NCBI GenBank assembly: GCA_045568075.1
Contig: JBJLBP010000001.1
Span: 690,001 to 722,000 of the forward strand
DNA from: Candidatus Thalassarchaeaceae archaeon
Lineage (GTDB): Archaea; Thermoplasmatota; Poseidoniia; Poseidoniales; Thalassarchaeaceae
DNA: 32,000 nucleotides
Direction of reading: 5' to 3'
A program made the position numbers and the translations under genes. This document shows, piece after piece, positions 16,919 through 25,315 of this stretch (its first letter is position 1; every line of letters starts with the position of its first letter). The notes below the pieces were generated by a model that ran no database searches, had not been told where the DNA came from, and worked only from the letters and a program-made list of their open reading frames with translations.

Positions 16919-19039
16919 CTACTGGTAAACGATTGGTAGGAAGGCGTTCGCAGCGTCTTCGCAAGCGTTAGCGACATCATCCAGACGTTGCAAAACACGG
17001 TACATATGGACCGCCGCAAGTGGATCATCGCTTCCCTCTCTGAAGACAAATCCTGCGGCGCGACTCTCAACGATATCTGCCTCGTGCTCCGCGAGATTCA
17101 CCTGGTGGATTAAATCGCGTAGTTCGGTGCGTCCAGTCTTGGTGTATCCTGAAAGTGTCAGGTCGCGTAGATGAAGCACGGTGTCCTCGTAAATCGCTGT
17201 AGTCTTCTGCACAGCTTCGGCCATTTCCATTACCATTCCTCGGGCCTTGGCATTATCATATAGCGGCCTGAAAGAGAGTTGCTCTGCAACATTCTGTGCA
17301 TAATCTGCAATCCTGTCTTGCCGGCCGAGCATGTAGAGGAATTCATCTGAATCGATTAGTAACTTCCACTCACGAGCGCTGACTTTTTCTCTCAATGCGT
17401 TCTTGATGTCGTCAGCGTATAATTCTGCATCGATTGTCGCTTGAATTTCAGCGGAAGCATCCTCGCCAGCGGTGGCTTTGCTGACTGCAGTCAGCATGTT
17501 TTCGACGGTTGCTTCAACAGCCTCAGCATGCGTGTGGAACAACTCGAACACAGTAGGTTGTTTTGTTCCATCCCCTCCTACATCAGCTAACGCGTCCTCG
17601 ATTACTATCTCCTCATCTCTAGTGATCCACAGGACATATGCTACCGTGGCAAATGCTATTGGTAATACGACGATTAGATTGATTGCAGTACTTCCCATAG
17701 CGACGTACAGGGTAACTGCTCCGAATCCAGCAGCAGGAAGACTGGCCACCCATGAGGCGAAAATCTTTCCAAAAACTCTGAAATCTACATTTTTGGCTCC
17801 ACCTGCTAGGCCAACTCCAACCACTGCTCCGACTAATGTGTGGGTTGTGGATACTGGGACAGCAAGGAATGGCATTGAGAATACTAGAATTGTAGTAGCC
17901 GCGCCAAATTCAGCGGCGAATCCCCTTGTTGGAGTAATATCAGTAATTTTGTGGCCAATAGTTTCCATAACTCTCCAACCCCATGTTACTACACCTATTG
18001 CTATACCAGCTGAACCAAGCAATATTAGCCAAAGTGGAACGTCTACCTTTCCAGCTAGTTCCCCAGGAGTTGAGGTTAACAATTCGAAGACAGTAGCCAT
18101 GGGTCCGATAGCATTGGATCGATCATTTGCTCCGTGCGCGAATGCTACGTAGGCGGCAGTAATGACTTGTAACCAAACAAATATCTTCTCAACACCGTGG
18201 AATCCTTCTCCTTGGAATTCATAATTCCTGAGGACCCAGTATAGGATTAATGAACCAATAATTCCAATGACTAATGCAACCATAATCGCGTTGAATGGAA
18301 TCCAAGCATTTTCCGCCATTGGATTCCAAACACCATTTTCTTTGACTGGTAGCCAATCATACTTATCTGCGATTATACCTTCTCTTTCAAGTCTAGCAAT
18401 TAGGCCCTTTAGAGCCTTGAATTGTAAAGCAATACCAAGTACAAAAAAGGTTGGAAGTGCCATAAGTGGGGCCATCCACCTACTTCTTTCAATAGGATTT
18501 GGAGCTTCTAAAATCGTAGCACGGACAATGTAGAATGTGAAGAAAGCAAGTAAACCACCCATTAACGGACTTGCCACCCAAGACAAAACAACTTCAGTCA
18601 ACTTTTCCCAATTGATCAGAGAAGCATCATATTGCACTTCGAGAACTAGTCCGATTCCTACAATTCCTCCAATTATTGAGTGTGTAGTAGATACGGGTAA
18701 TCCAAATCTAGTTGCGATTGTAATCCAAACCGCTGCCGCCATCATAGCAGCAATGAATCCGTACATCAGATCATTAGTGAAAGCCGCATTGAAGTAATCC
18801 GCCTCTGTATCAAAGTAGAGTATTCCTTTCCTTACTGTGTCAGTAACGGCATCTCCGGCAAAGAATGCACCCATGAATTCGAAGACTGCAGCAATAACTA
18901 CCGCTTGCTTCAGAGTTAATGCTCTGGAGCCAACAGAAGTCCCCATCGCATTCGCTACATCATTCGCTCCAATGTTCCAAGCCATGTAGGCACAAACGGC
19001 AGTTGCAAGAATCAGGACGACCCACATTATCGGTTCCAT
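16919..19039 (-). CDS. pit: PiT-family inorganic phosphate transporter fused to a C-terminal DUF47 (PhoU_div, Pit accessory protein) domain
   Basis: The N-terminal ~480 aa carry GANDVANAMGTSVG and a second GANDRSNAIGP (the PiT internal repeat) with many TM helices. The C-terminal ~220 aa are soluble and helical, with IDAELYADDIK, DRIADYAQNVAEQL, NLAEHEADIVE and LDDVANACEDAANAF, which is the DUF47 pattern. It is one uninterrupted 706-aa ORF. Confidence 0.9.
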   Translation of the reverse strand: MEPIMWVVLILATAVCAYMAWNIGANDVANAMGTSVGSRALTLKQAVVIAAVFEFMGAFFAGDAVTDTVRKGILYFDTEADYFNAAFTNDLMYGFIAAMMAAAVWITIATRFGLPVSTTHSIIGGIVGIGLVLEVQYDASLINWEKLTEVVLSWVASPLMGGLLAFFTFYIVRATILEAPNPIERSRWMAPLMALPTFFVLGIALQFKALKGLIARLEREGIIADKYDWLPVKENGVWNPMAENAWIPFNAIMVALVIGIIGSLILYWVLRNYEFQGEGFHGVEKIFVWLQVITAAYVAFAHGANDRSNAIGPMATVFELLTSTPGELAGKVDVPLWLILLGSAGIAIGVVTWGWRVMETIGHKITDITPTRGFAAEFGAATTILVFSMPFLAVPVSTTHTLVGAVVGVGLAGGAKNVDFRVFGKIFASWVASLPAAGFGAVTLYVAMGSTAINLIVVLPIAFATVAYVLWITRDEEIVIEDALADVGGDGTKQPTVFELFHTHAEAVEATVENMLTAVSKATAGEDASAEIQATIDAELYADDIKNALREKVSAREWKLLIDSDEFLYMLGRQDRIADYAQNVAEQLSFRPLYDNAKARGMVMEMAEAVQKTTAIYEDTVLHLRDLTLSGYTKTGRTELRDLIHQVNLAEHEADIVESRAAGFVFREGSDDPLAAVHMYRVLQRLDDVANACEDAANAFLPIVYQ

Positions 19040-19124
19040 CTATAGTGTCTCAATAGGTGAGGCATATAGTCATATGATTATATAGAATATATATCTAACT
19101 ATAGAATACGAGTGCTGCTAGCCT
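19040..19124. promoter_or_regulatory. AT-rich divergent promoter region between pit and the AbrB-PhoU regulator, with repeated TATAG/CTATAG elements
   Basis: TATAG occurs at 19041, 19065, 19081 and 19100. CTAACTATAGA at 19095-19105 ends 19 nt before ATG 19125, which is archaeal TATA-box distance for a leaderless or short-leader mRNA. Confidence 0.5.
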
Positions 19125-20213
19125 ATGAAAGGTATATATTTCGCGAGTGGTGCGGCGAGATTCGTGGAAAGGGCCTCGAAGAACAAGTCTGAAGTCAGGA
19201 AACTTCAACTGACAGGTGGTTCAACTTACATTGTCAGTTTACCTAAGAGGTGGGTGATGGAGCACGACTTGGCTGCTAAAGATGAGGTTAGGATTGAATG
19301 GAGGCCTTCCGGTAGTTTACGGGTCAATGCAGAAACTAGTACGGTTCGAAAAAGACGACAAGTGGAAATTGATCTAGAAGAAACCGGTAAGGAGTTTATT
19401 CTAGATCACCTAATTGGTGCTTATCTTTCCGGGGCTCAAAATATTCGAATCACTTCAAAATCTGGAATAGATAGAGAACACAGAAGGGAGCTTCGGAAAT
19501 TCATCCAAACTACACGTGGAATTGAAATCTCTACCGAATCGGATTACAAGATAGAAATGATAACACTTCTTAATCCTGGAGAAATGCCATTACATTCCAG
19601 TATAAACAGAATGTACCTCTTAGTGTCAACCCAGATAAGGGATGTGGTGGAAGTTCTTTCCGGTGGAGATTTAACTATTTTAGAGGATAGTGAGGAGAGG
19701 GAAAAAGAGGTTGATGCATTACGTTTGTTACTTGAAAGACAGGTCGGGCAAATATTGGAATCAGCCACCATCGAAACTAGTTTTGGAACAACCAGATGGG
19801 AAGCGGCCGAATTGTCGAATATTGTCCGGACACTCGAAAGAATAGGTGATCACTGTTACATCCTAAGCAGACTGTGCATTAACCAAGATGTACCCAAGAC
19901 TCTGTCTACAGCAGAATTACCAGTTTCTGTAATTACAGTTTGGCAATCCTCGATTAAGCAACTAATTGCTAATTTACGGAAAAGGAAAGTTAAGGAAATC
20001 CATGACGCCAAATCGAATTTAGAATTAGCCATAATGAATCTGAGGGAATACGAAGATAGCTTATGGGATTTGAAATTACAATCAACTGATGCATTATTTT
20101 TAGATAAACTATCAGAATCTCTGAGGAGAATATTAGCATATACAGTGGACATGGCGGAGATATTAATCAACATACACACACATAGAAATTCAATAGAAGT
20201 AACAATTGAATAG
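19125..20213 (+). CDS. Archaeal phosphate-uptake regulator: N-terminal SpoVT/AbrB DNA-binding domain plus PhoU domains
   Basis: RKLQLTGGSTYIVSLPKRWVMEHDLAAKDEVRIEW is an AbrB-type swapped hairpin. NIVRTLERIGDHCYIL and the paired helical repeats are PhoU-like. Confidence 0.85.
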   Translation: MKGIYFASGAARFVERASKNKSEVRKLQLTGGSTYIVSLPKRWVMEHDLAAKDEVRIEWRPSGSLRVNAETSTVRKRRQVEIDLEETGKEFILDHLIGAYLSGAQNIRITSKSGIDREHRRELRKFIQTTRGIEISTESDYKIEMITLLNPGEMPLHSSINRMYLLVSTQIRDVVEVLSGGDLTILEDSEEREKEVDALRLLLERQVGQILESATIETSFGTTRWEAAELSNIVRTLERIGDHCYILSRLCINQDVPKTLSTAELPVSVITVWQSSIKQLIANLRKRKVKEIHDAKSNLELAIMNLREYEDSLWDLKLQSTDALFLDKLSESLRRILAYTVDMAEILINIHTHRNSIEVTIE

Positions 20214-20259
20214 ACTATTTTGTTGTGTTTTATCGGGGCGAAAATTAACATTTTTTCAC

Positions 20260-20270
20260 CTAACTATAGA
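20260..20270 (+). promoter_or_regulatory. Second copy of the 11-mer CTAACTATAGA, upstream of pstS
   Basis: Identical to 19095-19105. It ends 23 nt before ATG 20294 and 86 nt before the preferred pstS start at 20357. Confidence 0.4.
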
Positions 20271-20356
20271 GATTAGATAGGTTCCCTCCATCTATGTTAA
20301 CTTTACAGATTCATTTCAACATAGCATGCGATGTCGAAGCGAACGGAGAAATACGA

Positions 20357-21340
20357 ATGAACCGAACTCTATTGACGAATATGATGATTGTACTGTTACT
20401 CAGTGCCTCACTGGCCGGGTGTACAGGTGATGACGAAAAAGAAAGCTTGATCCAAACCGGATCCTCGACCGTTTTGCCGCTGGCGGTGGCTTGGGCGGAA
20501 GAATATGAAGGAGCAGATGTATCTGTCTCGGGAGGAGGTTCCAGCCATGGAATCAATGCTTTATTGAATGGGGAAACTGACCTAGGGGATGCTTCGAGAC
20601 TGATGAAAGGTAAGGACTACACAAAAGTAAACTGCGATGAATCAGGGGTTAGATCTGATGGAACTGCTTCTGAAGAATGCATGGGGGTAATGCCAACCAA
20701 GTGGGTCGTTGCTTTTGATGTCTTAGCGGTTATTACCCATCCTTCTAATGACTTTGCAAGCACTCTAACTTACGATCAGTTATACTCAATTTTCACAGAT
20801 GATAACCCAGCTGTTTATTGGGATGATGTGCCTGGATTAGACGGCGCTCCTCACGAAGAAATTGAAATCTACGCACCCGATGAGGCAAGCGGTACTTTTG
20901 ATTACTTTTTCGAAGAGATTATCGAAGATTGGGGTGACGACACCCAAGTCGCAGGGACTCGTCTAGAAGCTGGTGATGGTGTATATCACCCATCAGCGGA
21001 CGATAACGTGATTATGACCGCAATACAATCCAACGAATACGCAATTGGATTCCTAGGGTTCGCCTATGTTAGAGAGAATGCTGACACGATAAATGCGGTA
21101 TCGATAGATGATGGCAGTGGTGCTGTAGAGCCTTCCTTAGAGACGGTTGCAGATTATCCTATGGCTCGTCCACTTCACATATACACCGATGCGAATGCAG
21201 CAAATTCAGATGTTGTGAACGGCTACTTGAGTTTTGCAATGTCTGATGAAGGACAAGCAGTCTGTGACGAAGTAGGATACGTGAAGGTAGAGTTGGTCGA
21301 TGCCAATTTACTTTCACTCCAACGCGCAGCCTTGGCGTGA
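20357..21340 (+). CDS. pstS: Phosphate ABC transporter substrate-binding lipoprotein PstS
   Basis: MNRTLLTNMMIVLLLSASLAGC is a lipobox-type signal. GSSTVLPLAVAWAEEY and VSGGGSSHGINALLNGETDLGDASR match the PstS family. ATG 20357 is preceded by GGAG. The track start at 20294 would add an atypical 21-aa extension. Confidence 0.9.
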   Translation: MNRTLLTNMMIVLLLSASLAGCTGDDEKESLIQTGSSTVLPLAVAWAEEYEGADVSVSGGGSSHGINALLNGETDLGDASRLMKGKDYTKVNCDESGVRSDGTASEECMGVMPTKWVVAFDVLAVITHPSNDFASTLTYDQLYSIFTDDNPAVYWDDVPGLDGAPHEEIEIYAPDEASGTFDYFFEEIIEDWGDDTQVAGTRLEAGDGVYHPSADDNVIMTAIQSNEYAIGFLGFAYVRENADTINAVSIDDGSGAVEPSLETVADYPMARPLHIYTDANAANSDVVNGYLSFAMSDEGQAVCDEVGYVKVELVDANLLSLQRAALA

Positions 21341-21358
21341 ACGATGAAGTGGTAAATC

Positions 21359-23227
21359 ATGAATGAGACTGGCACTTTCCTAGAAGGCCGGGCTCCACGT
21401 AATCGATTTGCCTACAGTGCTTTGTTTTCTGCCGCCTCACTATCGGTGATTGCAAGTGCGCTAATCATATACACACTGGCATCAGGAACAATTCGCTTTT
21501 TTGAATACGAAGAAGCTACCTTCTTGGAATTCATAACTGGAACGGATTGGTTGCCTAATGGACGTAACCCCAGTTTTGGGATCTGGCCTTTACTTTCAGG
21601 TACAGCTCTCATTGCTGTGGGGGCACTAATGATTTCTATCCCCCTTGGAGTGGCTGCCGCTCTTCATCTTGGTGAATTTGCCTCGCCCAAATCACGACGT
21701 TTTCTGAAGCCAATTGTCGAGGTTCTTTCCGGTATTCCATCAGTAGTTCATGGTTTCTTCGCTCTTCTTGTTATTAGTCCATTTATGCAAAGAACCATCG
21801 ATGCAACATACTTCAACGCAGCCAGTGCAATAATTGTCGTGGCAGCAATGATTTTGCCGATTATAGTTTCAATATCAGATGATGCAATTAGAGCAGTTCC
21901 TAGGGAAATAAAGGAAGCAGCATTAGGCCTTGGAGCAACACGTTGGGAAATGGCGACCAAAGTTGTTCTACCGTCTGCTCGTTCTGGAATCGTTGCGGCT
22001 GTATTACTCGCACTCGCACGTGCAGTAGGTGAAACAATGGCTGTAACTATGGCTGCTGGCTCAGTTGCAGCACTGCATTTCGATCCACGTCTAGAAGTAC
22101 AAACTCTAACTGCATATATCGCCCAAGTTGCAACTGGCGATATACCTCCTGGACCAGCAACTGATGCGGGATTCGCGGTAGGCTCAGCTCTCTTTGTCCT
22201 AACATACTCGGTGAACATCTTGGCAATAGGGGCAACAAGGAAGCGACTGGGAGCAAATAAAGGAAAAATGTCTTCTCTATTTTTTGAGATTAAAGCGAAA
22301 TTATCGATGCTCTTAGAGAAACTTAGAGGAGAAGTCAAATATAATTTAACACAATCAAATCCATTTATTCCCACAAAATACGACTTATTTAGAAGAAGAA
22401 AAGAAAAGGTTTCTCGATTTTTTGTTGCAAGTAGTCTATTTGTGGGATTAGCATTTTTACTTATCTTACTGCAAACAATTCTGGAAACAGGACTGGCGGG
22501 TATTGATTTACAGTTTCTGACAAACTTCCCGTCCTACAGAGCTGATCAGGCGGGTATAGGCCCTACAATTTTGGGTTCACTTTGGTTAATCGCACTGACA
22601 ATGTTATTCGCATTGCCAGCGGGTGTTGGGGCTGCAGTTTACTTGACTGAACTTGCTCCCGAAGGTATTCTGAATCAATTTTTGAGGCGAACCATACAGA
22701 ATCTTGCAGCGGTCCCCTCGATTATTTTTGGTTTAGTCGGGTTGTATATCTTCAGCAGAATGTTTGGTTTTGGGCTTAGTTTACTCACAGGTTCTCTAAC
22801 TCTTGCAATGATGGTTTTACCAATGATTGTAGTGACTACAGAACAAGCATTGCTAGCGGTTCCGAAATCGTTTCGAGATGCAGCGTTGGGCGTTGGAGCA
22901 ACTAGGTGGCAGGCAGTCCGGCATCATGTCCTTCCAAATGCGGTTCCAGGAATAGCAACTGGAGCAATTCTTTCCGTCGCAAGAGCACTAGGAGAAACTG
23001 CCCCTATTCTATTCGTTGCAAGCCTATTTTCCAAAACGGCGCCAACAGGAATAATGGATGGATTCCTAGCTTTACCAATTCAGATATTTTTCTGGACTAG
23101 ACATCCAAAGGAAGCTTTTCATGATCTAGCAGCGAGTACTATTCTTGTACTACTGATGCTATTACTTATTTTGAATTTCATTGCTATATTCATTCGCAAT
23201 AGAGCAGAGGCTAGGAGGTCATGGTAA
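21359..23227 (+). CDS. pstCA: Fused phosphate ABC permease PstC-PstA in one 622-aa polypeptide
   Basis: The first half has the EAA loop [29 protein letters not shown] (PstC-like). The second half has [30 protein letters not shown] (PstA-like). The two are joined by a very AT-rich linker at about 22260-22400 with no stop codon. Confidence 0.9.
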   Translation: MNETGTFLEGRAPRNRFAYSALFSAASLSVIASALIIYTLASGTIRFFEYEEATFLEFITGTDWLPNGRNPSFGIWPLLSGTALIAVGALMISIPLGVAAALHLGEFASPKSRRFLKPIVEVLSGIPSVVHGFFALLVISPFMQRTIDATYFNAASAIIVVAAMILPIIVSISDDAIRAVPREIKEAALGLGATRWEMATKVVLPSARSGIVAAVLLALARAVGETMAVTMAAGSVAALHFDPRLEVQTLTAYIAQVATGDIPPGPATDAGFAVGSALFVLTYSVNILAIGATRKRLGANKGKMSSLFFEIKAKLSMLLEKLRGEVKYNLTQSNPFIPTKYDLFRRRKEKVSRFFVASSLFVGLAFLLILLQTILETGLAGIDLQFLTNFPSYRADQAGIGPTILGSLWLIALTMLFALPAGVGAAVYLTELAPEGILNQFLRRTIQNLAAVPSIIFGLVGLYIFSRMFGFGLSLLTGSLTLAMMVLPMIVVTTEQALLAVPKSFRDAALGVGATRWQAVRHHVLPNAVPGIATGAILSVARALGETAPILFVASLFSKTAPTGIMDGFLALPIQIFFWTRHPKEAFHDLAASTILVLLMLLLILNFIAIFIRNRAEARRSW

Positions 23228-23991
23228 TGTCGACAGGAAACAATAAGATCAGTGTGAAAGATCTGACAATAAAATATGGAGAAAAAGAAGCTATAATTTC
23301 TGTAAATTTAGATATCGAAGAATCTGGTGTAACCGCATTTATTGGCCCCTCAGGTTGTGGAAAAAGTACCTTACTTCGGGCCTTCAACAGAATGAATGAT
23401 GAGATCCCATCTTGCTCAATGATTGGTGAAATAGATTGGCGAGGAAAGAATTTACTTTCAGATGGAATAGACCCAGTTTTGTTGAGACGGGCAGTATCTA
23501 TGGTTTTCCAGAAACCAAACGTATTCCCCACCTCGATTTACGAAAATGTGGCATTTGGGCTACGCATTCAAGGAATCAAACATAAGTCAAAACTAGATGA
23601 AATAATTGAAGAAAGCCTTCGAGATGCCTTTCTTTGGGATGAAGTAAAAGATCGCTTAGAAGATGACGCCTACTCTCTATCAGGAGGTCAACAACAAAGA
23701 TTGTGTATTGCAAGAGCTTTAGCAAATAAACCATCAATTTTGTTAATGGATGAACCGACATCGGCATTAGATCCAATCGCTACGGCTAAAATTGAAGAAT
23801 TAATTCAAGCACTTCGTGAAAAAGTAACTGTAGTCATCGTAACTCACTCAATGAGTCAAGCAGCAAGAATTTCAGATCAAACTGTATTCTTGTATATGGG
23901 CGAGTTAATTGAGGCGGGTGAAACAAAGAAAATTTTCAGTGAGCCTGAAGAGGAATTGACAGGTCAATACATTACAGGAAGATTTGGGTAG
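23221..23991 (+). CDS. pstB: Phosphate ABC transporter ATPase PstB
   Basis: [36 protein letters not shown] and VTHSM. The ATG overlaps the pstCA stop (ATGGTAA) and is preceded by AGGAGG. Confidence 0.95.
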   Translation: MVMSTGNNKISVKDLTIKYGEKEAIISVNLDIEESGVTAFIGPSGCGKSTLLRAFNRMNDEIPSCSMIGEIDWRGKNLLSDGIDPVLLRRAVSMVFQKPNVFPTSIYENVAFGLRIQGIKHKSKLDEIIEESLRDAFLWDEVKDRLEDDAYSLSGGQQQRLCIARALANKPSILLMDEPTSALDPIATAKIEELIQALREKVTVVIVTHSMSQAARISDQTVFLYMGELIEAGETKKIFSEPEEELTGQYITGRFG

Positions 23992-23999
23992 GTGGATAA

Positions 24000-24677
24000 A
24001 TGGCTCCAGTCAGAACAGGATTAGATGAAAGATTAGATCAATTGAGGAATCAATTGGTAGAGGATGCTAATGACTTAATGAGAATTTATTCAGTTGCGGT
24101 TGATTCTCTAATTTCCTTGGACGTCGAAAATGTAAATCAAGTGTTGACAGCAAGATACGAAGCTAGGAAAATTTTCTGGGAAAGAACTGGAGATATTCTT
24201 CTTGTTTTATCACTTAACCAACCGATGATGGGTGACCTTCGGATGATATCCACATTCCTCAGAGGCAGCGATACCATTGAGAGAGGCATGAGGCATGCCA
24301 GAGACATTTCACAAACTTCCTCTTTACTCGCAAATGAGTTAGAGATTGACAAAATACCCCACGATCTTATTGATTTGATTCAAACAATGAATAAATTACT
24401 AATGGATATGATCTCAAATATCTTCGATTCAATAAATTCCAAATCTGGCCTAAATATCGAATATATTTCAGATAAATGGGAAGAAATAGGGAATATTTGG
24501 GAAACTTGTCAAGAAGTTATTTCCGTTACTCCGGGTGCTGAAATCGGTAGTAAAACTGGGAGATTAAATCTCTTTAGAGCAATCTCTAGAATGGAGAGAA
24601 CTGGCTATAACTTTGTTAGATTCGCTGACCATTGGCATCATGCACTCAACAATGAGTGGATTTCAATTGAAAATTAA
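24000..24677 (+). CDS. phoU: Phosphate transport system regulatory protein PhoU
   Basis: 225 aa with two PhoU repeats. NQPMMGDLRMISTFLRGSDTIERGMRHARDI corresponds to the QPxAxDLR...LERIGD motif. It is the last gene of the pst operon. Confidence 0.85.
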   Translation: MAPVRTGLDERLDQLRNQLVEDANDLMRIYSVAVDSLISLDVENVNQVLTARYEARKIFWERTGDILLVLSLNQPMMGDLRMISTFLRGSDTIERGMRHARDISQTSSLLANELEIDKIPHDLIDLIQTMNKLLMDMISNIFDSINSKSGLNIEYISDKWEEIGNIWETCQEVISVTPGAEIGSKTGRLNLFRAISRMERTGYNFVRFADHWHHALNNEWISIEN

Positions 24678-24790
24678 ATCAATGAGGCAACAAGTTCTGG
24701 TTGAGTTAGGTAAACCAACAATCCAATACCAGCAAACATCATCATCCATGCTCCAGTAGCTTTGACTATCCCTGTGGACTTTCTAAGGAG
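24674..24790 (-). pseudogene. 3'-terminal fossil (38 codons plus stop) of a CcdA/DsbD-type gene, a diverged copy of the end of 25316..26782
   Basis: The minus-strand translation LLRKSTGIVKATGAWMMMFAGIGLLVYLTQPELVASLI* aligns with the intact gene's FLRRSTGVVKATGSWMMMFAGIGLLIYLTQPEVVVNLVG* at 29/38 identities by hand. Upstream it is closed by an in-frame TAG. Its stop (24676-24674) overlaps the phoU stop. Confidence 0.8.
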
Positions 24791-24985
24791 GCTCTAACCA
24801 GTGCCGGCCTCCGTCTCCAAGAATTCGAGGCATCATTGTGGGAAGGCGTGAAAGAGACCCAGGAGGCGTTATTCCTCGATAAATTGTCTGAGTCTTTACG
24901 GCGACTTTGCGCCTATTCGGTCGATATGGCGGAGATTCTCCTCAATATCGACGCTCACAGGAATGCTTCTGAAGTGACTATCTAA
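24782..24985 (+). pseudogene. 3'-terminal fossil (67 codons plus stop) of an AbrB-PhoU regulator gene, a diverged copy of the end of 19125..20213
   Basis: The plus-strand translation ...LRLQEFEASLWEGVKETQEALFLDKLSESLRRLCAYSVDMAEILLNIDAHRNASEVTI* aligns with the intact ...MNLREYEDSLWDLKLQSTDALFLDKLSESLRRILAYTVDMAEILINIHTHRNSIEVTIE* at 37/58 identities by hand. It has no start codon or N-terminal domains. Confidence 0.8.
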
Positions 24986-25036
24986 GCACATTTGACAAAG
25001 TACAACCTCAAGTAGTAGTGGCATCGCGGTCGGGCC

Positions 25037-25228
25037 ATGGCACAGGGAACGGTCAAGTGGTTCAATTTCACGAAAGGCTTTGGATTCATAGAACAAGAAG
25101 GGGGGGACGACCTTTTCGTCCACAAGTCTCAGGTCGAGGGTCGCATCGAAGAAGGTGACACCGTCGAGTTCGAGGTTGGCGAGGGCCCAAAGGGACCTAA
25201 CGCAATCAACGTGAAGAAAGTCGAGTGA
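25037..25228 (+). CDS. csp: Cold-shock domain protein (CspA family)
   Basis: [33 protein letters not shown] carries the RNP1 (KGFGFI) and RNP2 (DLFVH) motifs. It is 63 aa. Confidence 0.95.
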   Translation: MAQGTVKWFNFTKGFGFIEQEGGDDLFVHKSQVEGRIEEGDTVEFEVGEGPKGPNAINVKKVE

Positions 25229-25315
25229 AACTCGTCTTCACTTTCACATCGGATTTACTCGGGCTTACGCGCGTTTAGCGTAGCCTCTATTTCGTCTCGC
25301 TGGGCTTGATTTTGT

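Noticed and set aside
17472-18152. 226-aa plus-strand ORF inside the pit gene, and similar ORFs at 18267..18533 and 18537..18797
   Set aside because: They are antisense shadows of the PiT permease. The minus frame carries both GANDxxNAxG signatures, and these ORFs carry no recognisable motifs.
20294-20356. Track start (ATG 20294) for pstS
   Set aside because: It would place 21 non-signal-like residues before a textbook lipoprotein signal (MNRTLL...LAGC). ATG 20357 has a GGAG upstream. 20294 may instead lie near the transcription start.
21748-22374. 208-aa minus-strand ORF inside pstCA
   Set aside because: It is antisense to a frame with clear ABC-permease EAA loops, so it is a shadow ORF.
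16000-24800. Classifying the phosphate block as a mobile element, IS, transposon or provirus
   Set aside because: No transposase, integrase, terminal inverted repeats or target-site duplications were recognisable. The junction evidence points to recombination with related chromosomal DNA instead.
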